Positions 37,290 to 56,230 of a DNA stretch of 64,000 nt are shown here, piece by piece; the first letter of the stretch is position 1, and every line of letters starts with the position of its first letter. The DNA comes from the human T2T-CHM13v2.0 reference genome, Homo sapiens, in the NCBI RefSeq assembly GCF_009914755.1, contig NC_060928.1; one strand, 5' to 3'. A model generated the notes under the pieces. It saw only the letters and a list, made by a program, of their open reading frames with translations. It was not told the DNA's origin and ran no database searches. The position numbers and the translations under genes were made by a program.

Positions 37290-39399
37290 TCTGCAACATT
37301 TTCTAAGTCAGTATAGAAGCTCTTTGAACCACCTTTTCAGTCAAAGAACTCATGAAAAAGTCCTGCAAGAACTTGTGACCTTCTGGAAATTGTCAAAATC
37401 TCTACAGGTGTCCAGAGTCATCTAGATCTGTATTACAAGCCACTGACTGGGTTCCACCATTATTAAAGCAAATGCAAAATATGCCATGCCCACCAAAAAA
37501 AATCCAGAAGCCATGGTATTTAGCTGTTTCCATCGTTCTTGCCTCCTGCAGGTGGGAGAGTACTGAGTATCATGCCCTCCTACAGCCTCTGGAGGACATG
37601 CCAGTGCCTAGAGGTACCAGTAGAGAGGGGACATGAAAGAGCAGATGACAGCCAGGTGGCTGGGAATGACATTGTCCTGGAGCTTATTGCTTGTCATGAA
37701 CTCTGCCACTGGGCAACATGTGCAGGTGTGGACCCATGCCTTCTCTGGATCCCTACCCCATCAGCCAGCTGTCTTATCTACTGAAAGCTGGTAGGTGTTG
37801 GTCAGCATGGTGTTCCAGGACCAGGATTATATTAACATTCCCTCTTAGGCTGAAACACCAGAAGTTAACACAGGAGTCCCCAGGTGTGCACATACTAACC
37901 TCCAGATTGTTTTTCTTCTCGTTCTAGATGTTCATCCTTGCTTTTTGGGACTTGAAATAACCCTACACAGCCAAATATTTATGCCTGTTATTCACTTATG
38001 GAAAACTTATATGTCCCAAGTCCATAGGGTTAGTTTATTATCAGTATTAAAACCATTAGTACTAGTATCATGATGATCATTATTCCTGTTAATATCCATC
38101 AATATTTTTATTACTGCCATTGTTCATATGGATTTTTCATTATTGTACAGCAATGAATATAGTTTATCCATTCACAAATGGTGTTCAGTTACCAAAGATG
38201 ACTACAAGGCATGATCTACAGACATATACACACACAGCTGTCCTGGAGACCCAGCTTTGCCACCAATTGCTCTATCGTAAGATGAGATCCCCCAGTACCC
38301 ACCAGTTTTTCAGGACTCGACCTGAGTTGGCTCAGCTAGACCTGGAAAAGTTTCCTATGCCCAAATGTACTTGGAAAATTTTAAAAGTCTCTTCAGAGGC
38401 CCAGTAATAGCTTTTGGCAGCTTCTAAGACCAGGGAGGGTTTCTTGGCCATTCAGAGCCATTCAAATATTCTAAGTAAACTCAAGGATCCAGAAACCCCA
38501 CTTAAAGTCATGAAATACCAGTGAATGGCCTCTGTGAGTCTCTTCAAGGTTTTCAAAGATGACTGCCTGGGAAAGCTGGCCAGGAAGTCACCCAAGCCCA
38601 ATCTTCTGCAGGATGTTCTATGTCAGCCAGGGACCCAGTGAATTGCCATTGAACAGAAGGGAGGAAAAGAGTCAGCATGCCTGAGCGTCTGGAAACATTC
38701 TAAGTGCCCTTGTTGGCCCAGAAAAGACTGATGCTACCATATGAGGCACAGACTTGGCAACCTACCTACTCCAGGAACCACAGAAGGTTTAAACTTTCCC
38801 AGGAAGTCCCAGGAAGGGCAGCCATGGCCCTTTAGAGCCATCAAATTTTATTCTAAGTCTACGTGGGAGACAGTGCGCTTAGCTTCATAAAAACACCAGT
38901 GGAGGTGCTAACACTTGCCCCAGTATCCAGTCTTTTCTACCTCATCTCAGAGCCAGGTCGCCAATATTTCCCAAAGCTGCTGTGCAATGAAAGGGGAATA
39001 TTCTAGGCGCTCTCCTGTGCCCACGAAATTCTGTGGCTGCGCTGAACGGCAGGAGTTGCCCTCCGGAATTCTCTTCAGAAATCTGACAACACTGGTCAAG
39101 ATTAAAGAAGCTCAATTCAACGTCATACAAAACCAATCCCCCCCCCCAAAAAAAAAAAATATATGCATACTGAGACAAAATGGTGAACACACCTGCTAAT
39201 AATCATGAATGACAATAATAATAACAATGATGATCTTAGTGATAATGCCACCAACACTGTTAATGGCAATAACAATAAACCTGAGGTAATGAGTGTTAGG
39301 GTCCCGATTCACCGATATGAAGGATGGCGACAATTTCTGGCCTCACAGAAATAAAGGAAAAGTAAACACCTGGAGGAAGAGGAGGTGAACCTGGAGCTC

Positions 39400-39990
39400 C
39401 CGCCGGCCTCTGGGTGCTCCTTGGTGGAAGGAGAGGGACTTGGTCCTGAGCCTGCCCCGGATCCACCTACACCAGAACCCCGGAGTCCCAGTCCCTGGAT
39501 GGGCTCAGTCCCACCCAGGCCAGACGCCCCAGAGCCACGTAGCCCGGGTCCTCCAGCCCTCGCTGCCGCCGCTTCTCGCAGAGCCAGGCCCTCCAACCCG
39601 TGCCACCTCAGCCTCTGCGGGGCTCTGGGAGGGCAGCGCCGAGGATGCTCCGGGCCCAGCGGGGGCACCCGGGGCCCAGAGGGGTTATCTGGCCTGAGGC
39701 GGATACTGACGCCCTGAGGGCATGGAATAGGGCGGCTTGCGCAGGTCCCGCCGTCTCGGGCCTTGCAAAAAGGGCGGCCTCTCCAACGCCCCTACCGGAA
39801 CCTCCCCGGAGGCCCCAGCCCCAAAGCCAGGGCGATGGCGCCTCCCTGACCATGGGTGAAGAAAACTCAGGTCCTCCCTGGAGACCCGGCCCGCCGCGGG
39901 AGGCAGACCGCGCATGCGCCCTGCATGGCCGGAAAGATGGGTTTCATTGCCCTCTGCCGGCCATGAGGTGGCAGCACAGGACGTTTGGCC
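39400..39990 (-). promoter_or_regulatory. CpG-island promoter / first exon, probably of a FAM66-like lncRNA transcribed toward and antisense to the USP17L array
   Basis: GC/CpG-dense island. NRF1 palindrome GCGCATGCGC at 39910-39919, ETS CCGGAA ~39929 next to YY1-like AAGATGG. Minus-strand donor ggc|gtcagt at 39711/39710. Confidence 0.65.
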
Positions 39991-40884
39991 TTAGCGGTGG
40001 ACCTGAGTCTGAATCACTGAAATTCAGGTGTGGATTATTCAGTAATTTTCTTTTGGAAGATCAAATGGAAATTGAGTACGATATCTTGTGCTTTAATTAA
40101 AGAAGATGGAAATAAAGAAGCAAATTCAAAAATCAATATACAAAAGTCGATTGATTCCCTCTATGTGGAGGGAAGACGAGCTTGAATAAGAAGCATTCTG
40201 TGTTATGCTTTAATAATGGCTGGAGATCTGCCACCATGCATTTGTCAAATCCCATAGAATTTCACAGCACAAATAGTACATCTTAATGTGGCTCAGGAGT
40301 ACATATAATGCCAGCCACAGTTTGTGGGTAAATTACATATTTAATTAAATAGATTAAACAATAAATAATGATATGAGCTCTGCCTGGACACAGTCCTTTC
40401 CTCTCCAACCAGTTTGCCAAGGGCTTGAATTTCTTGCTCATCATCCTCACAGTTGACATAAACCCTGGCTGCAGAGTAAAATCAATCACTTGTGGAGATT
40501 TTTTAATATAATGATGTGTCAATTTCTACCATGGGTAAGGCCATTTAGCCTTAGTAAGGCCGATCGTATTAAGATTGTGCCTGTTTGGCAAAATTTCAAG
40601 TCATCCCACTTGATATTCAGGAAATATTTTCTCTTGAGTTTTAGGTTCAGTGGTGAGGCTCCTTCACGGACAATACATTTCCCAATTCTCAGGACAAGGC
40701 AGAGGAGGGCCCCTCTGTGAGAGCTTTCATTTTGCTTCGGGAAAAGTACATTGAATCAAATATAGGAGAGGCTTGCAAGGTGGCTGACAGGTTCGGCTGT
40801 TTTATCATGCTGGTGTTTTATCTTCTGGACTGCAGTAAAAGGAGCACAGCTGTGTCTGTCTCTGTGTAATAACTCAGGACTTAC

Positions 40885-40964
40885 CTGAATAAAATGTGGG
40901 GTGTTATGAGATGAACTGCTACTTCCAGTTAGAGAGGCTCCAGGGACACAATTTCAAGAGCCTT
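40885..40964 (-). other. Candidate 80-bp minus-strand exon between the ZNF705 3' end and the CpG island
   Basis: ctcttctcttctatccctcag|AAGGCTC...TTATTCAG|gtaagt; near-perfect splice signals. Confidence 0.5.
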
Positions 40965-41579
40965 CTGAGGGATAGAAGAGAAGAGCTGCCTTATTCTCTG
41001 ATTCCAGGTAACTGCTCAGAGACAGAGGCAAGGGCTGCGGACACCCAAATGCATATACTAGGTGTCTTTGATACAGCCTCCATTTCCCTGCTAAATCTAT
41101 GCAATGACACACTGAGAAATCTAGCAAGTGGGACTGAAGATCCCTGGTGTGTCAACTCGAGGGTTGGATGGAAACAAGTGGTTTTAGTGGACGTTGAAGT
41201 AAAGGGAGGTGAGCTGTGAGGAAAGAGCTGTTGAAGACTGGGGAGACTCAGAAGTTGGGGTAGAATCTCGACCAAGAATCTCACTCAGGGAGAGCAGATG
41301 CAAATCGATTTGTTAAGGCTGTATAAATGAAACAAGGGTTTCGCCAACATACTAACTTTTTTCAACAACAGATTGTATTCTTTCAATATTTGTAAGTATT
41401 GATCTTTTGGAAAAGTTTAATGAGATTTCTTATATAATTCTGCATTCAATTTATTCCCTGGTCACTTTGTTATTATGAATTTACATGCCACATCTTTATG
41501 AATAGATATTTTCTCAAATTTCTGAATTATTTTGCTAAAGTATGTGTTAAGTGTTTTTTCTAGAGGTCCACCTTCTTGA

Positions 41580-47505
<5,926 letters not shown>

Positions 47506-48097
47506 TGTCAGGAACTCAATTTCTCTCTGTCTTTCTCTGGATTTCCACTTGCAGACACTTTAGGCACTAAGAAAAGCTGAGGTTGGAGAAAGAACATGTG
47601 AGACACCAGTCTTGTGCACAATTTTCAGATCAACCTGTGATGAAAAGCCAGACTTTCACTGAAGTGTGACACCACCTACACCACAGCCTAATCAACAGAC
47701 ACAGACACACAGAGGCCTCTCCTCTTTTCCTGTGGTCAAAATTAGGAAGCCTATGACTATGGTTGCTAACCAAGAAGGAACACAGATATTTTGTGAATGA
47801 GAACATCAAAAGCACGGAATTTTGTATGTTAATTGGCACAAGTCCAGATATTCAATTCCCTCGCTGATTTTAAAACACAGGGATCCCTGACTCCATCTAC
47901 ATGTGGAATATGATTTCCACCTATAGATAAACACTGGGGTTTCTCAGATTTTATTATCCTAGCTTTATGCCCTAGCAATGTTTCTCCAACACCCACCACA
48001 GCCTCCTGAAGCCTTACTCCACTTTTACTTTCACTCAACTCCGACTTTTGTATTTCCCTTTGGAACTTGGAAATAATCAAGTAAGAATCTGTTTTAG

Positions 48098-48388
48098 GGT
48101 CAAGTGCGGTGGCTCACACCTGTAATCCCAGAACTTTGGGAGGCCAAGGCAGGTGGATCACCTGAGGTCAAGGGTTCGAGACTAGCCTGGCCAACATGGT
48201 GAAACCCCATCTCTACTAAAAATACAAAAATTAGCTAGCTGTGGTGGTGCTTGCCTGTAATCCCAGCTACTCAGGAGGCTGAAGCAGGAGAATCTCTTGA
48301 ACCCAGGAGGCAGAGATTACAGTGAGCCGAGATCCCACGACTGCACTCCAGCGAGGGCGACAGAGCGAGACTGTCTCAAAAAAAAAAA
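48098..48388 (+). mobile_element. Full-length AluS
   Basis: Alu consensus with polyA; TSD aatctgttttagg. Confidence 0.93.
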
Positions 48389-48428
48389 TCTGTTTTAGGA
48401 TAGGGATAATCAATTCAGGGATTTATTT

Positions 48429-48490
48429 CCCTTAGAGGGTCAACACTCCCATCCTGCTACCCTTAGAGGGTCAACACTCCCATCCTGCTA
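48429..48490. repeat. Perfect 31-bp tandem duplication
   Basis: cccttagagggtcaacactcccatcctgcta x2. Confidence 0.95.
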
Positions 48491-49908
48491 ATCTAGCCCT
48501 TAAAATCTCCTGCATCAGAAATTAGCAGGAGTACCCTGAGTCATGGTGTTTCTTTCCTGTGTATACTGTCACAATCCTCTAGGATGCTCAGAAAATACAA
48601 AATGACTTAGGGGTGGGAGAAATTTAGCAGCTCAATCTGATATTTTACTAATGTGGTATCTAAAATTCTTGCAATCATGGTTTATATTAGTCTTTGTTAG
48701 TTGCAATATCTCTGATTATCATGATACATATTTGCTGAGAAATACTGATGTCCATGTATATATTCATACATAGATATGTAGGTATATAGGTGCATATGTT
48801 TATATGAATGTATGTGTTTGAGACAGGGGGAAACATGCATGTATTATTTCCCTGCTAAAAATATAAGAATAATTAAATATATTTTATGTACAAATGATAG
48901 TTATGTGTCATAAACAAAAAATTTACTGACACATTTGTACATGAAGTCCAGGAAAAATAAAAAGGGTAACTTTGTATTAATTGTGACATTGTGCTTACAG
49001 ATGTACATATATTTCCTTATTTAACCCTCATAATACCCCTGCTGATTACAGTTTATTTACCAATTTAATAAAGGATCAACAGTTTGAAAAATATGACAAA
49101 ATTACAAAATTAGAAAATGACCCAGCAATACTTTTAATTATATTCTGCCTGTCGATGCCTTTTCTTGCTTTTTGACAAAATTACTCCCCTAACCAAGGTT
49201 CTCTATGATTCTGGGGACTCCAGTATTTAGACCCCAGTTCCCAAACATCATTTTGTCTATTTTTACTGCCACATTTAATGCACATTTACAGACTTCAACA
49301 AGCACTTTTCATTATGAAATTTTTTCTTATTCCTTGGACTATTTTCTACATCTGTTCATCAAGATTCCAGTAACATATGACTCCATCTGCCTGTCCCTTC
49401 CATGAATGTACCTGACAGTACATGTATTATGTAGTCTATAATTCAAGCAGAACAGATATTCCCTCAAAAAAATAAGATATTAGAGAAGGCCTACAAATCT
49501 TCAGTGAAACCAGCTGTAACCCTTAATATTATTACCATGTAAACTCTTCCTCGAATATCAAAATAAGATTTGGGCTTTAGAGAATATTTGTGTGTAATTA
49601 TAACCCAAACATAAATGAAAAGTCATTTAACTGATCATATACAGACTGTGCCAGGGAAGAAAAAGGACAAATATTATAAGAAAGTTAAAGCATACTTATT
49701 TCATAAAGGACTCTTGTGTGGAATCTATAAAAACTATTTCAAGATGTAGAGATTCAATATATTTTAAAACACATACATACACAAGCAATCTTTAGGAGAA
49801 ACTTTTAAAAACTTATGTTATGGGTCTAAAATTTTCATTAATTCATGGAAAAAAATGTATTAACAAACTTTTCACCAGAGCAGGAATAACAAATTATGTA
49901 TTTGGTGA

Positions 49909-50280
<372 letters not shown>

Positions 50281-51369
50281 TGAGGAAGGAGCCATTCTGC
50301 ATCCTCAATATTACCTTAATATTTTAAGGGCATCCGTAAAAATTAAGAGGCCGACTTGTGACTTCCTAGCCCTTTCACGGCTATTTAGACACACCTTAGT
50401 GAAGTATTAGGAATGCATTATTAGGTCTCAAGTTCCTGGACAACAAAACCATGTTCTCCAACAGATCTTCAGTAAAAATAGCTGATGTCTATATTCTTTT
50501 GCCTGTCCTTTCCCTTCCTTTAATTCAGAACTGCAGTCTCGAAAAGTGTTATTATTTAGTAGATTCTCTCAATTCTCAACACCAGTGCTATACAATGTTG
50601 AATGACATCTCAGGTGCTTGTTAGGGAAACAGCAGCTGACATTCTAGCAATGAACAAATAGAAATGCAAAGATCACCACAGAGTAAAAGAGAATAGATTT
50701 TTTTAAAGTATGAAACCAAAACGAATATATATCAGATTACACCATAAATGGAAAATCCTATTATCTTGACAGGATTCCAAGCCTCTCATGGCTTCCAACA
50801 TCCAATATATTCAAAGCAGTTCAGGAATGGTGAAAATGGAATGGAATTTAAAATTATTCTAAGGTCTTATGTGTGAAATCACCATGCCCTGAAACAAAAT
50901 ATTTATTTTTAAAGTGCATAATGAACACTGCATACAAAGTTTGTGTAACAGGAGAGAGGAAAAATCTCGCATTTTAAAAAAAGGAATATACAACATATTT
51001 ACATACAATAAAATAAAATTAAATTAAAAAACAGCAATAGAAGACAGAATCTAACATCTGAAAATCAAGGGAGAAATCTATTTTAAATAAACTTAGCACA
51101 ATTTTTAAAGTAAGTTATGAAAAATAATAATACCTGAATATAGTACATAAAAGTACCAATAAAATAAACCTAAAATAATATCCATGGAAAAATTATTTGC
51201 TGTACATTATTTTTAAAAAATTAAGTACTTACCTTAATAAGGTAAATGAATGAAATTTAAAAATTGCTTGAGAAAATCTGTGAAAGGAAATGAATATAGA
51301 GAAGCAGAATATAATTTAACTATAAACCACACAAATAGAATTTAAAAATAAGTGGTAGCCAACATGCCC

Positions 51370-51575
51370 AACACGATTTTCTGTGATGAAAGAACTTCTC
51401 TATATCTGCATTGTCCAATGCAGTAACTACCACAAATATGTAGTTACAGAATTTCTAGTTTGGCCACGACTTTGGCTATTACTACTAAGGATATGCCATT
51501 TAGTTATTTAATTATAATTAATTTACAATTTATAGTCACATGTGACTAGTAGTTACTATATTGGCCAATGCAGAT
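51370..51575. mobile_element. Old hAT-Charlie MITE (MER3/MER33-like)
   Basis: Inverted ends ctgcattgtccaat ... attggccaatgcag with internal tagtcacatgtgacta. Confidence 0.5.
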
Positions 51576-51752
51576 CTAGAATCTTGGAGGAGGCAGTTAA
51601 AATAATGAGATATGGTCAAAACAGAAATGGAAAAGGCACACAAATAGTGAACACAGAATATGAGAATGTGAAGTAACAATTCACACAATAAAATGTAATA
51701 ATGAGATGCTGCCTTGATGGGACAAATATCTAATGATATACAAGGCTTGTCT

Positions 51753-52431
51753 TGTTACAGGTAGAAGAGTATGAGCAGGGCAGGAGAGGGCTCTTACCCT
51801 ACCCACTAGAAATGTCAGGTTATGGCCTGTCAGTTATCACATTGCCTCTCTAAAAATGATAATTAGGCAGCACCAGAGAGAGGCCATTTCCTGATGGTCT
51901 ACATCTGTTAACATCAAAAATGTGAATTAAATGCAGAACCCAGGAAGAAGCAACTTCTTGGGCATGCATGTTAAGAGACAAAAATGGCAAAGCATAATCT
52001 TCTGGGGCCACACTCTACCGGAAAAGGAAAGAAAGCTTCAGATGGACATGCATATAACTCCCTAAACACACCGTGCATGCTCAATTTCAAAGGGTAAGGA
52101 AAGCACTGCCCATGGCGGAAACTCTCCCTAAAGGAAGAATCATGGGAAAGAGGCAAAACCATCGCAGGATCAAGGTTAAAGCCTCTTCTCTTTTCTTTCT
52201 TGGATCTTCAGGCATCTGCTCGGGTCTCTTCCAAGAGAATTTTCCTCTCTTTCCTGTTCTAAAGCCTTTTTAAATAAACTTCCACTCCTGTTCTGAAACT
52301 TACCGCTCAGTCTGTTTTTCCACTGTATGCCCTTCAGTCAAATTCTTTCTTCTGAGGAGGCAAGGACTGAAGTTGCTTATGGACCTATGCAGATATGCTG
52401 CCAGTAACTGGAATCTCTTCTACTTGTAACA
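51753..52431 (+). mobile_element. Solo ERV1 LTR (MER50-like)
   Basis: tgttacaggtag...gcagggcaggagagggctc start, aataaa ~52273, ends tgtaaca; near-TSD gtct/gtat. Confidence 0.8.
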
Positions 52432-53129
52432 GTATCATTGTAAGGGAATGAGGCCAGTTCACATCTCAGTGCTTGGAGAACTCACCAGAAATAAAAAGTT
52501 GGAGGATGCAGTGAACTTAACTACCCTCCAAGGCAAGTCCCACAAGCAAGCAGCAAGACTCTCTTTCCCCAAGAGAGTCTTCAGATGCTCCTTCTCTGGG
52601 AAAATGCATCCTCTGATTGGCTTCCCCTTATATATGAAAAAAAAAATTAATAAACGTAATCACCACTACATTCCAAGAGACATGCCCTGATTGCACAGAC
52701 ACTGAATCGAATCAAAAACTTCATTCTGGAGACACTCCCTGTTCAATTTGATTGGATTTTTGAGACTACTACTAAAAACCCTCACATAAAGTTGGAAACC
52801 AGAGTTAAGGCTATTTTGAAGGAAAAATATGAACATTAATTCCTTTTTTTATTCATAAGTACTTTTGAGTGTATTATATGTACTAGAAAGCATTTACAGT
52901 CAAGGGATACAGCAAGAAACCAGACAAACTAGAGTCTTATGGAGACTCTATATTCTAAAATTCTTTGGAGGTAAACTGGACTTGAAAACAAATGGAAGGT
53001 GAATAGATATAAAAAGTTTCAATGTTCATGATGATGTAAAAAAATAAAATATATTGCAGAAATGAAGTCAGGAAGTGTTATAGGGGTCATGTAGTACTTG
53101 TAAGACCACTGGTATTGTCTGAAATTCAA

Positions 53130-54080
53130 GCAGGCTGCAGAAATTTGGGTAACTAAAAGGAAAGCAGATGCTAATAGAAGACAATGAAGACAGGGCCTCA
53201 AAGACATTTCAGAGACCTTGGCGGGTGGAAGCCCCTCCCCTCAAAGGCCTGGAGGCCTAGGAGGGAAGAATGGTTTTGTGGGCTGGGCCCAGTGCAAGCG
53301 CAGGACAGTGCTCACAGCATTCTAGGTCTCAGCCACTCCAGCTCCAGCCATGGCTAAAAGGGCCCCAGACATAGTTTGGGCCACTGCTTTAGAGGGTGCA
53401 AGCCATAAGCCTTGGCAATTTCCATGGTGTATTAAACTTGCAAGTGCACAAAGTACAGGAGTACACTGCTGATAAAGATATACCTGAGACTGGGCAATTT
53501 ACAAAAGAAAGAGGTTTAATTGGACTTACAGTTCCACATGGCTGGGGGGAGGCAGAAGGGAAAAGGCATGTCTTACATCACAGCAGGCAAGTGAGAGAAT
53601 GACAGCCAAGCAAAACTGGTTTCCCCTTATCAAACCATCAGAACTCGTGAGACTTACTCACTACCACGAGAACAGCATGGGAGAAACTGCCCCCATGATT
53701 CAGTTATCGCCACTGGGTCCCCCCACAACATGTGGGAATTATGGGAGTACAATTTGAGGTGAGATTTGGGTGGGGACACAGAGACAAACCATATCAGAAG
53801 CCTTCGCCTGGATTTCTAGAGATGTATGGAAAAGCCTGTATGTCCAGTAGAAGTCTGCTGGGTGGAGACTTCATGGCGAATGTCTACTACAGCAGTGCAG
53901 ATGCAAAATGTGGGGTTGGAGCCCCCACAGAGTCCACACTGGGGCACTGTCTAGTGGAGCTCTGAGAAGACAGCCACCATCCTCCAGACCCTAGAATGGT
54001 AGATCCACTGACAGCTTGCACCCTGAGCCTGGAAAAGCTGCAGGCACTCAACACTGGCCCTTGACAGCAGCCATGGGGAC
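53130..54080 (+). mobile_element. MaLR internal sequence (MST/THE1-int), interrupted by an inverted THE1 LTR
   Basis: gctgcagaaattt..., ggcctaggagggaagaatggtttt, gagggtgcaagcc, ggttggagcccccacagagtcc, agatccactgacagcttgcac. Confidence 0.75.
53464..53796 (-). mobile_element. THE1-type MaLR LTR carrying a DUX4-type motif at 53696-53706
   Basis: Reverse strand begins TGATATGGTTTG.CT.TGTGTCCCCACCCAAATCTCA; contains TAACTGAATCA on the minus strand. Confidence 0.85.
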
Positions 54081-54084
54081 TGAC

Positions 54085-54590
54085 CCTTATATCCAAAAGA
54101 AAACAAATTGTTCTACCATAAAGACGTGTGCACTCATATATTTATTATAGCATTATTTGCAATAGTAAAGCCATGGAATCAACCTAGATGTCCATCAATG
54201 TTAGAGTGGATAGACAAAATACAGTATATGTACACCATGGAATACTATGCAACCATAAAAAAATTACGTCCTTCGCACCAACATGGATGCAGCTGGAGGC
54301 CATTATTCTAAAATAATGCAGGAAGAGAAAACCAAATACCGTATGTTCTTAGTTATAAGTGAGAAAAAAGCATTGGTTGCACATGGATGTAAAGATTGGA
54401 ACAACAGACACTGGGGACTACTAGACGGGGAAGGGAAGGTGGGGACAAAGGCCTGAAAAACTATCTATTGGGTATTATGTTTTCTATCTGTGTTACAAGA
54501 TCATTCATACTCCAAGCCTCAGCATCACACAATGTGCCAATATAAAAACCTGCACATGCATACCCTGAATCTAAAATAAAAGTTGATTTT
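54085..54590 (+). mobile_element. L1 3' end fragment (L1PB-like)
   Basis: ggaatcaacctagatgtccatca, atggaatactatgcaaccataaaaa, ccctgaatctaaaataaaagttg. Confidence 0.8.
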
Positions 54591-54611
54591 TTTTTTAAAT
54601 GGACAAAGATC

Positions 54612-56230
<1,619 letters not shown>

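Larger units (their letters stand above)
33600..39060. repeat. Ancient degenerate array of ~1.36-kb units, inverted about ~35535, with ~75-bp sub-repeats
   Basis: CTACTGAAAGCT motif at 33629-33640(-), 35008-35019(-), 36062-36073(+, 1 mismatch), 37778-37789(+). Mirrored ATT/AAT tracts and recurrent (A)TTCTAAGT cores. Confidence 0.65.

Noticed and set aside
33600-39060. snoRNA/miRNA cluster or CRISPR-like interpretation of the periodic motifs
   Set aside because: No consistent C/D box pairs, hairpins or identical repeats with unique spacers; eukaryotic context.
39309-40100. Overlapping Pro/Gly/Ala-rich ORFs on both strands
   Set aside because: Expected from stop-codon scarcity in a CpG island; no domain similarity.
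47680-47695. Near-DUX4 motif CAGCCTAATCA upstream of ZNF705, with similar near-misses at ~52748 and ~63341
   Set aside because: Lacks the TAA half-site; such partial matches are expected by chance.
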